A stretch of DNA of 64,000 nt from Acutalibacteraceae bacterium (GTDB lineage Bacteria; Bacillota; Clostridia; Oscillospirales; Acutalibacteraceae): assembly GCA_045534675.1 (NCBI GenBank), contig JAZSKE010000031.1, positions 20,043 to 84,042 on the forward strand, in the 5' to 3' direction. Shown here one piece after another: positions 55,684-64,000 of the stretch (the stretch's first letter is position 1; each line of letters begins with the position of its first letter). Position numbers and translations under genes: made by a program. The notes beneath the pieces are model-generated. The model saw nothing but the letters and a program-made list of their open reading frames with translations, did not search any database and had not been told where the DNA came from.

Positions 55684-56455
55684 AGCAGATGAAAAACACA
55701 TCCCGTCGCTGATAAAACTGTGGCACGATGTTTTCGGTGACAGTGAAGAATATATAAAGCTCTTTTTCAGAAAGGCTTACTATGACGGCGAGTGCTTTGC
55801 CGAAACTCATGACGGTGAGTTTATCAGTGCCTTTTATCTTCTTAAATGCAGCGTCAGGTACGCGGGCAAGGTTTATGAGGGCAGATATCTTTATGCCGCC
55901 GCAACTCTCCCCGAGTACCGCGGAAAAGGGCTTATGTCAAAGCTTATAGGTGAAGCTACAGCTTACTGTAAAGATATGGGTCTTGATTTTATAGCCCTGG
56001 TGCCTGCCGGTGACAGCCTTTACGGATATTACGGCAGATACGGCTTTCAGGAGGCTATGTATAAATACAGATTTGTAATAAACAATGAGTGTGTCACTCT
56101 TCGTGCTTATCGTGAGCTTGAAAACGCCGACGAATTTTATAAAATAAGAAGCTCATCGGACGGTGTTCTTGTTTACGGAAAAACCGGTTCGGATTATGCT
56201 TATGATTGTCTCAAATTTTCTGATAACAAAATTATTTCTGTCAGTAATGGCAGTTATTACATTGACGGTGAAGAATTGTTTGTCGGTGATGATGAAGACG
56301 CTGCCTTAAACTTTTTAAACTCACTTGGCGGGGAAAGAGTTGTCTATTCCGACAAGCCTTTGATGAATGCCGAAAAGGTGCGCAACGGAATGTTATACAC
56401 TTTTAATAATGAACTTAAAAACAAAGAAATTTATATGAATATAGCATTGGACTAA
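55673..56455 (+). CDS. GNAT-family N-acetyltransferase
   Basis: Acetyl-CoA motif A LPEYRGKGLMSKLI. Confidence 0.75.
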   Translation: MLIKADEKHIPSLIKLWHDVFGDSEEYIKLFFRKAYYDGECFAETHDGEFISAFYLLKCSVRYAGKVYEGRYLYAAATLPEYRGKGLMSKLIGEATAYCKDMGLDFIALVPAGDSLYGYYGRYGFQEAMYKYRFVINNECVTLRAYRELENADEFYKIRSSSDGVLVYGKTGSDYAYDCLKFSDNKIISVSNGSYYIDGEELFVGDDEDAALNFLNSLGGERVVYSDKPLMNAEKVRNGMLYTFNNELKNKEIYMNIALD

Positions 56456-56465
56456 GGAGGCAAAT

Positions 56466-57008
56466 ATGGTTTACTGTTTTCTTGCAGACGGATTTGAAGA
56501 GCTTGAAGCTATAGCTCCGATTGACATTTTAAGAAGAGCTGATATTGAGGTTGTCACTGTCGGTGTGACAGGCGATGTTATCAACGGCAGACACGGAATT
56601 AAGGTAACTGCTGACTGCTCAATTGACGATATATTACTTGATGACAAGCTTGAAGGAGTTATTCTTCCCGGTGGACTTCCCGGTGCAACCAATCTTGAGG
56701 AATGCTCAAAGGTGCAGCAAGCTATTGATTTTGCCGCAAATGAGGGCAAGCTTGTGTGTGCAATCTGTGCCGCACCTCAGATACTTGGTCACAAGGGTCT
56801 GCTCAAGGGCAGAGAAGCTATTGCCTATCCCGGTTTTGAAATTGAGCTTGAAGGTGCAAAAATCAGCAGTGAATTTGTTGCAGTTGACGGTAACTTTATT
56901 ACAGCTAAAGGCGCAGGCGTTGCAACCGATTTCGGTTTTGAGATTGCTGCAGCAATCAAAGGCAGAGAAGTGTCTGATAAGATAAAGGCGGCAATCCAGT
57001 GCAGATAA
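56466..57008 (+). CDS. DJ-1/PfpI (ThiJ) family protein
   Basis: Nucleophile elbow AICAAPQILG. Confidence 0.85.
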   Translation: MVYCFLADGFEELEAIAPIDILRRADIEVVTVGVTGDVINGRHGIKVTADCSIDDILLDDKLEGVILPGGLPGATNLEECSKVQQAIDFAANEGKLVCAICAAPQILGHKGLLKGREAIAYPGFEIELEGAKISSEFVAVDGNFITAKGAGVATDFGFEIAAAIKGREVSDKIKAAIQCR

Positions 57009-57565
57009 CAGAAGAAAAAAGAGCTTTAAGACAGCAGATGAAGCTTGCGAGAAATTCCTTGCAGAACAAAACTCAGCTCAGTGAAGTTATCTGTAACACC
57101 TTGCTCGAAACTGAGCTTTATAAGAATTGCGGCAGTATCTTTCTTTATGCTTCTGCAGGCGGTGAGGTTGAAACTGAGCTGATTACAAAATCTGCTTTTT
57201 CTCTGGGTAAAAAGATTGCATTTCCAAAGTGTATTGATAATAAAGGCAATATGAAGTTTTATTTAATAAACTCACTCAGTGAGCTTAAAGAAGATATGTA
57301 CGGTATTATGGCACCTGTCACTCATTGCGAAGCAGGATGCGGAAATGAATTATCACTGTGCATTGTGCCGGGTCTTGCCTTCAGCTCTGACGGATACCGT
57401 CTCGGGTACGGAAAAGGCTATTATGACCGCTTTTTAAGCGAATTTAAAGGTGTCAGCATAGGCTTTTGCTATGATGCTTGCATCAGGGACAGCATCCCAA
57501 AAAATGAATACGATAAAAAAGTAAATTACCTTATCACTGATAAGAGAATATATAATTTTACATAA
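56999..57565 (+). CDS. 5-formyltetrahydrofolate cyclo-ligase
   Basis: GLAFSSDGYRLGYGKGYYDRFL signature. GTG start overlaps the DJ-1 stop. Confidence 0.85.
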   Translation: MQITEEKRALRQQMKLARNSLQNKTQLSEVICNTLLETELYKNCGSIFLYASAGGEVETELITKSAFSLGKKIAFPKCIDNKGNMKFYLINSLSELKEDMYGIMAPVTHCEAGCGNELSLCIVPGLAFSSDGYRLGYGKGYYDRFLSEFKGVSIGFCYDACIRDSIPKNEYDKKVNYLITDKRIYNFT

Positions 57566-57577
57566 AGGAGGAATAAT

Positions 57578-59242
57578 ATGGCTGACCGTTTTTATTCAGA
57601 GGGTTCAAAAAATAACGGCAGTGCAGGCAGCAGTTTCGGTGGCGAAAATAAGTCAGCACCTGTCAACCCTTATACAGCCAAGGCTAATAAAGCTTTAGGC
57701 GATTTCAGCGAAAATATTGATTCCAACACTGTCAGACCCGGTCAGGGTGCTATGCAGACACAGAAAAAATTTGAGGTGCATATCAACGATTTTGATGATT
57801 TTCTCAGTGCACCGGAAACACCCGCTGCCCCGACAGCTCCAAAGCCGGTTGAACAGAAAAGAACTGTGCCTGCCCAGCCTCAGCGTACTGCTGCGCCTGT
57901 AAGAAGAGCGCCGGTGCACAAGAGCAATATTCAGCAGAGCGCAAAAACTGCTAACGAAGCGAGAAAGGTTCCCGTTAACGGAGCGAAGTCTTCATCTGTT
58001 AAAAAACTTACCGGATTGACCTCTATGGTGAAAAAGCCTGCTTCAAAGGTGCAGAAGCCTCTTTCGCAGAAGCCTGAGGCAAAGCAAATTCCCGTGACTG
58101 AAAAAACTGCGTCAAAGAAGAAAAAGACGCCTGAAAGAACACTTACTCCTGAGCAGCGCGCCCGTGTGAAAGCAAAGAAGAGATATGATTTCACTAAAGC
58201 TCTTCTTGCTGCCTGCGTCTGCATATTCTTTATTGCAATTATGACAGTTACTGCCACAACCATAGCAATGGAAACTATCAACGATATACTCGTTATCGAT
58301 AAGAACGAAAACTTTACAGCCAATGTAACAATTGAGCAGGGCGATGAATTTATTGATGTTTTCAACAAGCTTGAACAGACAGGCTTCATCAAACAGAAAA
58401 CCCTCTGTTATATCTTCCTTATGTACAGAGAATATCAGACTATGGATTACCAACCCGGTGTATATTACCTTGAGAGCAATGACGGACTTGAATATAACAT
58501 TGAAACAATGATGGTCAAGCGTTCCGGCTCAAAGGACACCGTCCGCCTCACATTCCCAGAGGGTTGGACTGTTGCACAGATATTTGAAAAAATAGAAAAG
58601 TACAATGTCTGTGATGCGGATAAACTCTACGCCAACCTGGATGGAATTGCAGAACAGTATGATTTCATAAAAGGCATTGATATGAAGTCGGGCAGATATC
58701 TGAAAGCTGAAGGCTATCTTTTCCCCGATACCTACGATTTCTTCATTGATGAAAGCCCCGCCTCCGTTCTTAAAAAGCTGTTTTCAAACTTTGAAAACAG
58801 ATGGACAGGTGATTATACCGCAAGACTTAAAGAGCTTGGCATGACAATGGATGAGGTTATCAATATAGCGGCTATGATTCAGCGTGAAGCAAAGAACACC
58901 TCACAGATGAGTGTTATTTCAAGTGTTGTTCACAACAGACTTAAAAAGCCTTCAACCTTCCCCACGCTTGACATGAACTCAACAAAGGACTATATCACTT
59001 CACTTAAACCCTATAAGCTGTTCAGTGATTTCTATTATGAGCTTTACCTTGGCACATATAATACCTACAGCGCACAGGGACTTCCTCCCGGACCTATCTG
59101 TAATCCCGGAGCTGCAGCTATCAAGGCGGCACTTTATCCCGCACAGACGGACTACTACTTCTTTATGCACAGTCCGACGGGTGAAATTTATCTTGCAAGA
59201 ACTGCTGATGAGCATCAGGTGAATACTGAGCTTTATCTGTAA
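57578..59242 (+). CDS. mltG: Endolytic murein transglycosylase MltG (YceG-like) with ~200-aa disordered N-terminus
   Basis: TM anchor followed by EGYLFPDTYDF, IAAMIQREA and GLPPGPICNPG motifs. Confidence 0.88.
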   Translation: MADRFYSEGSKNNGSAGSSFGGENKSAPVNPYTAKANKALGDFSENIDSNTVRPGQGAMQTQKKFEVHINDFDDFLSAPETPAAPTAPKPVEQKRTVPAQPQRTAAPVRRAPVHKSNIQQSAKTANEARKVPVNGAKSSSVKKLTGLTSMVKKPASKVQKPLSQKPEAKQIPVTEKTASKKKKTPERTLTPEQRARVKAKKRYDFTKALLAACVCIFFIAIMTVTATTIAMETINDILVIDKNENFTANVTIEQGDEFIDVFNKLEQTGFIKQKTLCYIFLMYREYQTMDYQPGVYYLESNDGLEYNIETMMVKRSGSKDTVRLTFPEGWTVAQIFEKIEKYNVCDADKLYANLDGIAEQYDFIKGIDMKSGRYLKAEGYLFPDTYDFFIDESPASVLKKLFSNFENRWTGDYTARLKELGMTMDEVINIAAMIQREAKNTSQMSVISSVVHNRLKKPSTFPTLDMNSTKDYITSLKPYKLFSDFYYELYLGTYNTYSAQGLPPGPICNPGAAAIKAALYPAQTDYYFFMHSPTGEIYLARTADEHQVNTELYL

Positions 59243-59254
59243 AAGAGGTCAAAA

Positions 59255-60511
59255 ATGTCAGAATTTATAAAAAAGCCCGAACTTTTAGCTCCTGCAGGCG
59301 ATATGGAAAGACTTCAGGCGGCTGTTAAATACGGTGCCGACGCTGTTTATCTCGGCGGCAAGGTCTTCGGCATGAGAGCTGCACCGTCAAATTTCGGTGA
59401 AGAGGAGTTGCCCGAGGCAGTTGCCTACTGTCACGAACGAGGCGTCAAGGTTTATCTTACCTGCAATGTGTTGCCCAGAAACGATGAACTTGCTGAACTG
59501 CCTGACTTTCTCTTAAAAGCGGAAAAAGCAGGCGTTGATGCCCTTATTATCTCTGATATCGGTGTTCTTGAGTACGCTAAAAAATATGTTCCCGATATGG
59601 AAATTCATATTTCAACACAGTCGGGTATAGTAAACTATGCAGCCGCAAACGCCTTTTATAATATGGGTGCTAAGAGAATTGTCACTGCCCGTGAGCTTAA
59701 AATGACTGAGCTTGCAGAAATACGCAAAAACATTCCCGATGATATGGATATCGAGTGCTTTGTTCACGGCGCAATGTGTGTTTCATTTTCGGGCAGGTGT
59801 CTCATTTCTAACTATCTCGTCGGCAGAGATGCCAACCGCGGTGAATGCGCACAGCCCTGCCGTTGGAAATACGCCCTCATGGAAGAAAAGCGTCCCGGAA
59901 TGTACTTCCCTATAGTTGAGGACGACGGCGGTACCTATATTATGAACTCAAAAGATATGTGCATGATTGAGCATATCCCCGAGATGATAAAGGCGGGCAT
60001 CACATCCTTCAAAATTGAAGGTAGAGCAAAGTCTGCTTACTATGTTTCGGCAACGGTTAACGCTTACAGAAAAGCCATTGACGGTTATTTTGAAAATCCT
60101 TCAGACAATTACAGACCCGAGCAGTGGATTCTCGATGAAATGCGTAAAATCAGTTACAGAGACTACTGCACAGGCTTTTTCTACGGGGACCCTGCCGATG
60201 ATGCCAATGTGAGCTATAAGGGCGGTTATAACCGTGAATGGGACGTTATGGCAATCGTTAAGCATTGGGAAAACGGTATTGCATACTGCTCACAGCGTAA
60301 CAGATTTTTTGAGGGTGATGAGCTTGAAGCTCTTGAAGTTGGCAAGCCTCCTTTCAAGGTTATTGCAAAAGGTCTTAAAAATGCTGACGGTGAAGCCATT
60401 GAAGCTACACAGCATCCCATGATGGATTTCTCTTTTGAATGTGAAACTCCTCTTGAAGACGAAACAATTCTGCGAAAGGAAAGAATTGAAAAAGGAAGAG
60501 TTATAATTTGA
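59255..60511 (+). CDS. Peptidase U32 family protein
   Basis: ELLAPAG...GADAVYLGG...FGMRA and ECFVHGAMCVSFSGRC motifs. Confidence 0.88.
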   Translation: MSEFIKKPELLAPAGDMERLQAAVKYGADAVYLGGKVFGMRAAPSNFGEEELPEAVAYCHERGVKVYLTCNVLPRNDELAELPDFLLKAEKAGVDALIISDIGVLEYAKKYVPDMEIHISTQSGIVNYAAANAFYNMGAKRIVTARELKMTELAEIRKNIPDDMDIECFVHGAMCVSFSGRCLISNYLVGRDANRGECAQPCRWKYALMEEKRPGMYFPIVEDDGGTYIMNSKDMCMIEHIPEMIKAGITSFKIEGRAKSAYYVSATVNAYRKAIDGYFENPSDNYRPEQWILDEMRKISYRDYCTGFFYGDPADDANVSYKGGYNREWDVMAIVKHWENGIAYCSQRNRFFEGDELEALEVGKPPFKVIAKGLKNADGEAIEATQHPMMDFSFECETPLEDETILRKERIEKGRVII

Positions 60512-60518
60512 TTTTTAA

Positions 60519-60551
60519 CGGGTGGTAATTTTTGCCACCTGTTATTTTTTT
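60519..60551 (+). terminator. Intrinsic terminator after the U32 gene
   Basis: CGGGTGG-9 nt-CCACCTG followed by TTATTTTTTT. Confidence 0.7.
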
Positions 60552-60576
60552 CTCACTGCATATAATAAAAACGGTG

Positions 60577-62832
60577 ATGAAAATGGATAAACCTTTTGAA
60601 GAAAAACTTAAATTATTGTCCCGTGAGAAATACGGCAAAAGTCTTGAGAGCCTTAAAAGCGACGAGGTTTATGCTCTTATAGGCGAATATGTAAACGAGA
60701 AATGCGATAACCACAAAAAAACAGACCTGACAAGAAAAAGAGCCGCATATTTTTCAATTGAGTATCTGATAGGCAGGCTTCTTGAGGCTAATCTTTACAA
60801 TATGAGAAATATCGACCTGACACAGAAAAGTCTTGATGATACGGGCCATACTTTGGCTGAATTGAAGGATGTTGAAGATTATGCCTTCGGCAATGGCGGT
60901 CTTGGCAGACTTGCAGCGTGTTTTCTGGACTCTGCCGCATCCTGTGAAATCCCACTTGACGGTTACGGAATACGCTATAAATACGGCCTTTTCAAGCAGG
61001 AATTTTCTGAAGAGGGTGAACAGAGAGAGCTTCCCGATGATTGGCAGAAGCACGGCGACCCATTCGGTGTTAAAAAAGAAAAGGAAAGTGTTCAGGTGAA
61101 TTTTGCCGATTACTCCGTAAAAGCGGTGCCTTATGATTACCATGTAATAGGATATAATTTTAAGTGTATAAATACTCTGAGACTTTATGAGTGTGTGGCT
61201 GTTAACTGCAATGAAAGCGATGCCCTGAGAATATATGAATATCTTTATCCCGATGACAGTACCTGGGAAGGCAAGAAACTGAGATTGCGTCAGCAGTACT
61301 TTTTAGTCAGTGCAGCACTTCAGAATATAGTTAACACTTATGGTCTTGACGACATTGAAAATAAGATAAAAATTCAGCTCAATGATACGCATCCCGTTCT
61401 TGCAATTCCTGAGTTTATCAACATTTGTGTCAAGCACAATATGGGATTTGATACTGCTTTGCTGCTTTGCGGGAAAATCTTCGCTTACACCAATCATACA
61501 GTTATGCCCGAAGCGCTCGAAGAGTGGGACTGTGAGCTTATGAGACAGACTATACCTCAGGTTTACGGCGTAATTCAGAAGATTAACGATATGGTGCTTT
61601 TTATTCTTTGTAATCACAAAGATGCCGACTATAATAAATGTGCTGTTGTTATCGACGGCAAAGTGAGAATGGCAAACCTTGCCTGCTTTGTCTGCAGTGA
61701 TATTAACGGTGTTGCCGCACTTCATACGGAGATACTGAAAAACAGAGTGTTGGCACATTGGTATAATATTTTCCCTGATAAATTCAGCAATAAAACCAAC
61801 GGTATAACACAGAGAAGATGGCTCGGACTTTCTAATCCGGCACTGACACATTTCCTTTCAAAGCTATGTGGATGTGACATTATTGAGGAAACCGAAAAAA
61901 TAGAAGGTCTGCTGAATTTTAAAGATGATGAAGAGGTTATTACAAAGCTTAATGAAATAAAAAGAGAAAACAAAGTAGAACTCTGTTGCCATATCAGGGA
62001 AAAAGAAGGCGTAAACCTCAGCCCTGACAGTGTATTCTTTGTTCAGGTAAAGCGTATTCACGAATATAAAAGACAGCTTCTCGGCATATTTCTCGCAATT
62101 CACTTTTATTTTTTATTCAAAGAAGGAAAAGGGAATAATCTTCCGCCTATTACTTTCATATTCGGCGGCAAGGCTGCATCGGGTTATAAAATTGCTAAAT
62201 CTGTCATCCGTTTTATCAATTGTGTTGCAAAGACAGTCAACAGCGATAAATCAATAGCGGAAAAGCTGAAAATTGTTTTTTGCAAAAACTACAATGTCAG
62301 CTATGCTCAGAAGATAATTCCTGCAGCGGATATTTCAATGCAGTTATCACTTGCGGGAACAGAGGCAAGCGGTACGGGAAATATGAAGTTTATGATGAAC
62401 GGTGCTGTCACTCTCGGTACCTATGACGGTGCAAATATTGAAATCTGTGAAAAAGCAGGGGAGGAAAACAACTATATTTTCGGCATGCGTGAAGATGATG
62501 TAAGAACAAGAAAAGAAAGATATAACCCGAAGGATATATACGAAAGCAGCAGCGTAATCAAAAGACTTGTTGACACGCTCATTGACGGCACTTTTGCCCA
62601 AATGGGTGACTTCACCGATATCTTTGACGGTCTTCTTAATACACATGATGCGGACAGATATATGGTGCTTGCTGATTTGTGTGATTTTATTACTGTGTCT
62701 CAAAAAGCGGCAACGGATTATTGTGACAGCATCTCTTTCGGCAGAAAATGTCTGATAAATATTGGCTCGTCCTCATATTTTTCCTCAGACAGAACCGTCA
62801 GAGAGTATGCTGAAGAAATATGGTTTAAGTAA
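60577..62832 (+). CDS. glgP: Alpha-glucan (glycogen/maltodextrin) phosphorylase, GT35
   Basis: PLP site EASGTGNMKFMMNGA. The ORF opens at 60532 inside the upstream terminator, so the start is set at ATG 60577 (or 60583). Confidence 0.92.
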   Translation: MKMDKPFEEKLKLLSREKYGKSLESLKSDEVYALIGEYVNEKCDNHKKTDLTRKRAAYFSIEYLIGRLLEANLYNMRNIDLTQKSLDDTGHTLAELKDVEDYAFGNGGLGRLAACFLDSAASCEIPLDGYGIRYKYGLFKQEFSEEGEQRELPDDWQKHGDPFGVKKEKESVQVNFADYSVKAVPYDYHVIGYNFKCINTLRLYECVAVNCNESDALRIYEYLYPDDSTWEGKKLRLRQQYFLVSAALQNIVNTYGLDDIENKIKIQLNDTHPVLAIPEFINICVKHNMGFDTALLLCGKIFAYTNHTVMPEALEEWDCELMRQTIPQVYGVIQKINDMVLFILCNHKDADYNKCAVVIDGKVRMANLACFVCSDINGVAALHTEILKNRVLAHWYNIFPDKFSNKTNGITQRRWLGLSNPALTHFLSKLCGCDIIEETEKIEGLLNFKDDEEVITKLNEIKRENKVELCCHIREKEGVNLSPDSVFFVQVKRIHEYKRQLLGIFLAIHFYFLFKEGKGNNLPPITFIFGGKAASGYKIAKSVIRFINCVAKTVNSDKSIAEKLKIVFCKNYNVSYAQKIIPAADISMQLSLAGTEASGTGNMKFMMNGAVTLGTYDGANIEICEKAGEENNYIFGMREDDVRTRKERYNPKDIYESSSVIKRLVDTLIDGTFAQMGDFTDIFDGLLNTHDADRYMVLADLCDFITVSQKAATDYCDSISFGRKCLINIGSSSYFSSDRTVREYAEEIWFK

Positions 62833-62838
62833 ATTCTC

Positions 62839-62880
62839 AACAGCTTCTTGTTCTCTTACGAGGTGTGAAGCTGTTTTTTA
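62839..62880 (+). terminator. Intrinsic terminator after glgP
   Basis: AACAGCTTC-19 nt-GAAGCTGTT followed by TTTT. Confidence 0.75.
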
Positions 62881-62912
62881 ATAAAAAAAATAAAAAAATT
62901 CATTAAAAACAG

Positions 62913-62941
62913 TTGGCAACCTTCAAATTTTATTATATAAT
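62913..62941 (+). promoter_or_regulatory. Sigma-A promoter for hprK
   Basis: TTGGCA, 17-nt spacer, TATAAT. Confidence 0.5.
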
Positions 62942-62984
62942 GTATCAGTATAATTATGTGTAGCTATGAATTTGGAGGTGCATT

Positions 62985-63953
62985 ATGCCCGGAAAGTATT
63001 CAGTTTCGCTTGCAAAAATTCTGAAAGATCAGCAGTTTGAAACGCTTTATCTTCCAAAAGACCCGTCAGATATTTTTATCTCTTCACCGGATGTTAACAG
63101 ACCCGGACTTATACTCTCGGGATTTGAAAATTTCTTTGACAGCGGAAGAATAAATTATCTCGGCAAAACTGAGGTTGAGTATATTAATTCCTTCCCTGAG
63201 AAGGAGAGATATAAAAGGGTTGATACCTTTATGTCAAAGGTGCCTGCCTGCATTGTTGTTACAAGAAGTCTTCCCTGCCCCAAGGAAATTCTTGAGCTTG
63301 CTCCCAAGTACGGAGTACCTCTGCTCAAGACAATGGACACGACCTCACGTTCAATGGCATCTATTATTGCCTATCTCAATATTGAACTTGCGGAAAGAAT
63401 TACCCGTCACGGCGTTTTCGTTGAAGTTTACGGTGAAGGTGTGCTTATTCTCGGTGACAGCGGTGTGGGCAAGAGTGAAACTGCCGTTGAGCTTATCAAG
63501 AGAGGTCACAGACTTATTGCAGATGATGCCGTTGAAATAAAAAAGACGGGTCAGAAAACAATTGTGGGCTCTGCTCCCGATAACATCAGACACTTTATTG
63601 AGCTTCGCGGTATTGGCATAATCAATGCACGCCGCATCTTCGGTATGGGTGCGGTAAAGCTTGCCGAAAAAATTGATATGGTTATTGAGCTTGAACCGTG
63701 GGACAGTGAAAAGGTTTATGACAGAATGGGTATGGAAAACGAATATACTGAAATTCTCGGCGTTCAGGTGCCTCATACTGTTGTACCTGTCAAGCCGGGC
63801 AGAAACCTTGCGGTTATCATTGAAGTTGCAGCTATGAATAACAGACAAAAGAAAATGGGTTATAATGCTGCAAGAGAGCTTATGCATAATCTCGGCATGA
63901 CCGATGATATAATTCCACAGGAAGATGAAATCAAAATGTGGGGAAATTTTTAA
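62985..63953 (+). CDS. hprK: HPr kinase/phosphorylase
   Basis: Walker A GDSGVGKSETA, plus LIADD and ELRGIGII. Confidence 0.95.
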   Translation: MPGKYSVSLAKILKDQQFETLYLPKDPSDIFISSPDVNRPGLILSGFENFFDSGRINYLGKTEVEYINSFPEKERYKRVDTFMSKVPACIVVTRSLPCPKEILELAPKYGVPLLKTMDTTSRSMASIIAYLNIELAERITRHGVFVEVYGEGVLILGDSGVGKSETAVELIKRGHRLIADDAVEIKKTGQKTIVGSAPDNIRHFIELRGIGIINARRIFGMGAVKLAEKIDMVIELEPWDSEKVYDRMGMENEYTEILGVQVPHTVVPVKPGRNLAVIIEVAAMNNRQKKMGYNAARELMHNLGMTDDIIPQEDEIKMWGNF

Positions 63954-63965
63954 GAGGTGAATAAT

Positions 63966-64000
63966 ATGTACAGAGTAGGTGTAGACTTAGGCGGTACAAA
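63966..64000 (+). CDS. ROK-family kinase/regulator, N-terminal fragment (runs off the window)
   Basis: MYRVGVDLGGT matches the ROK/glucokinase N-terminal ATP-binding motif. GAGGTG RBS. Confidence 0.5.
   Translation, partial: MYRVGVDLGGT

Noticed and set aside
60532-60576. TTG-initiated extension of glgP
   Set aside because: The TTG lies inside the terminator hairpin of the upstream U32 gene, so the real start must be downstream (ATG 60577 or 60583).
1-64000. Search for CRISPR arrays, tRNA/rRNA genes, transposases, integrases, toxin-antitoxin pairs or reverse transcriptases
   Set aside because: There are no regularly spaced direct repeats. No T-loop-type tRNA signatures were spotted. No ORF has DDE, tyrosine or serine recombinase, or RT motifs. 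The only repeat family is the 90-nt structured element reported above.

Overview
This window looks like a chromosomal segment from a spore-forming Firmicute of the Clostridia type. Nearly all genes are on the + strand, and most of it is conserved housekeeping backbone. In order, that backbone is: murA end, ftsQ-like and ftsZ, ppiB, then rpmG-secE-nusG-rplKAJL with an L10 leader; rnj-gdpP-rplI-dnaB; tilS-hpt-ftsH; ftsK; a YgiQ radical-SAM gene; a ComEC-like MBL gene plus DUF3006; rpsB-tsf; argCJBD; trxA; a parE/parC-like topoisomerase pair; murC; dpaAB; mltG; a U32 peptidase; glgP; and hprK. I found no rRNA, tRNA, CRISPR array, transposase or integrase. Six things stand out. (1) A ~90-nt intergenic element with a cloverleaf-like four-way-junction fold occurs three times, with compensatory base-pair changes between copies. 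Two near-identical direct copies bracket an 8.2-kb accessory segment sitting directly after rplL. (2) Inside that segment is a 1313-aa protein built from two tandem copies of a degenerate extended-SDR domain fused to a LicD-type phosphotransferase domain. It is preceded by an orphan ~365-nt promoter-to-terminator unit with no long ORF. (3) A self-contained three-gene operon encodes a stand-alone adenylating enzyme, a stand-alone condensation-domain protein and a carrier protein, which is a minimal NRPS-like amide-forming system. (4) A double-length, internally duplicated ThyX-like protein is divergent from an operon containing cupin, Tmk-like, DUF2156, GNAT, DJ-1 and 5-formyl-THF cyclo-ligase genes. 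(5) A UppP/BacA paralog has substituted catalytic residues. (6) Many essential proteins carry Lys-rich or acidic low-complexity extensions. All functional calls come from motif recognition by eye; no database search was possible.
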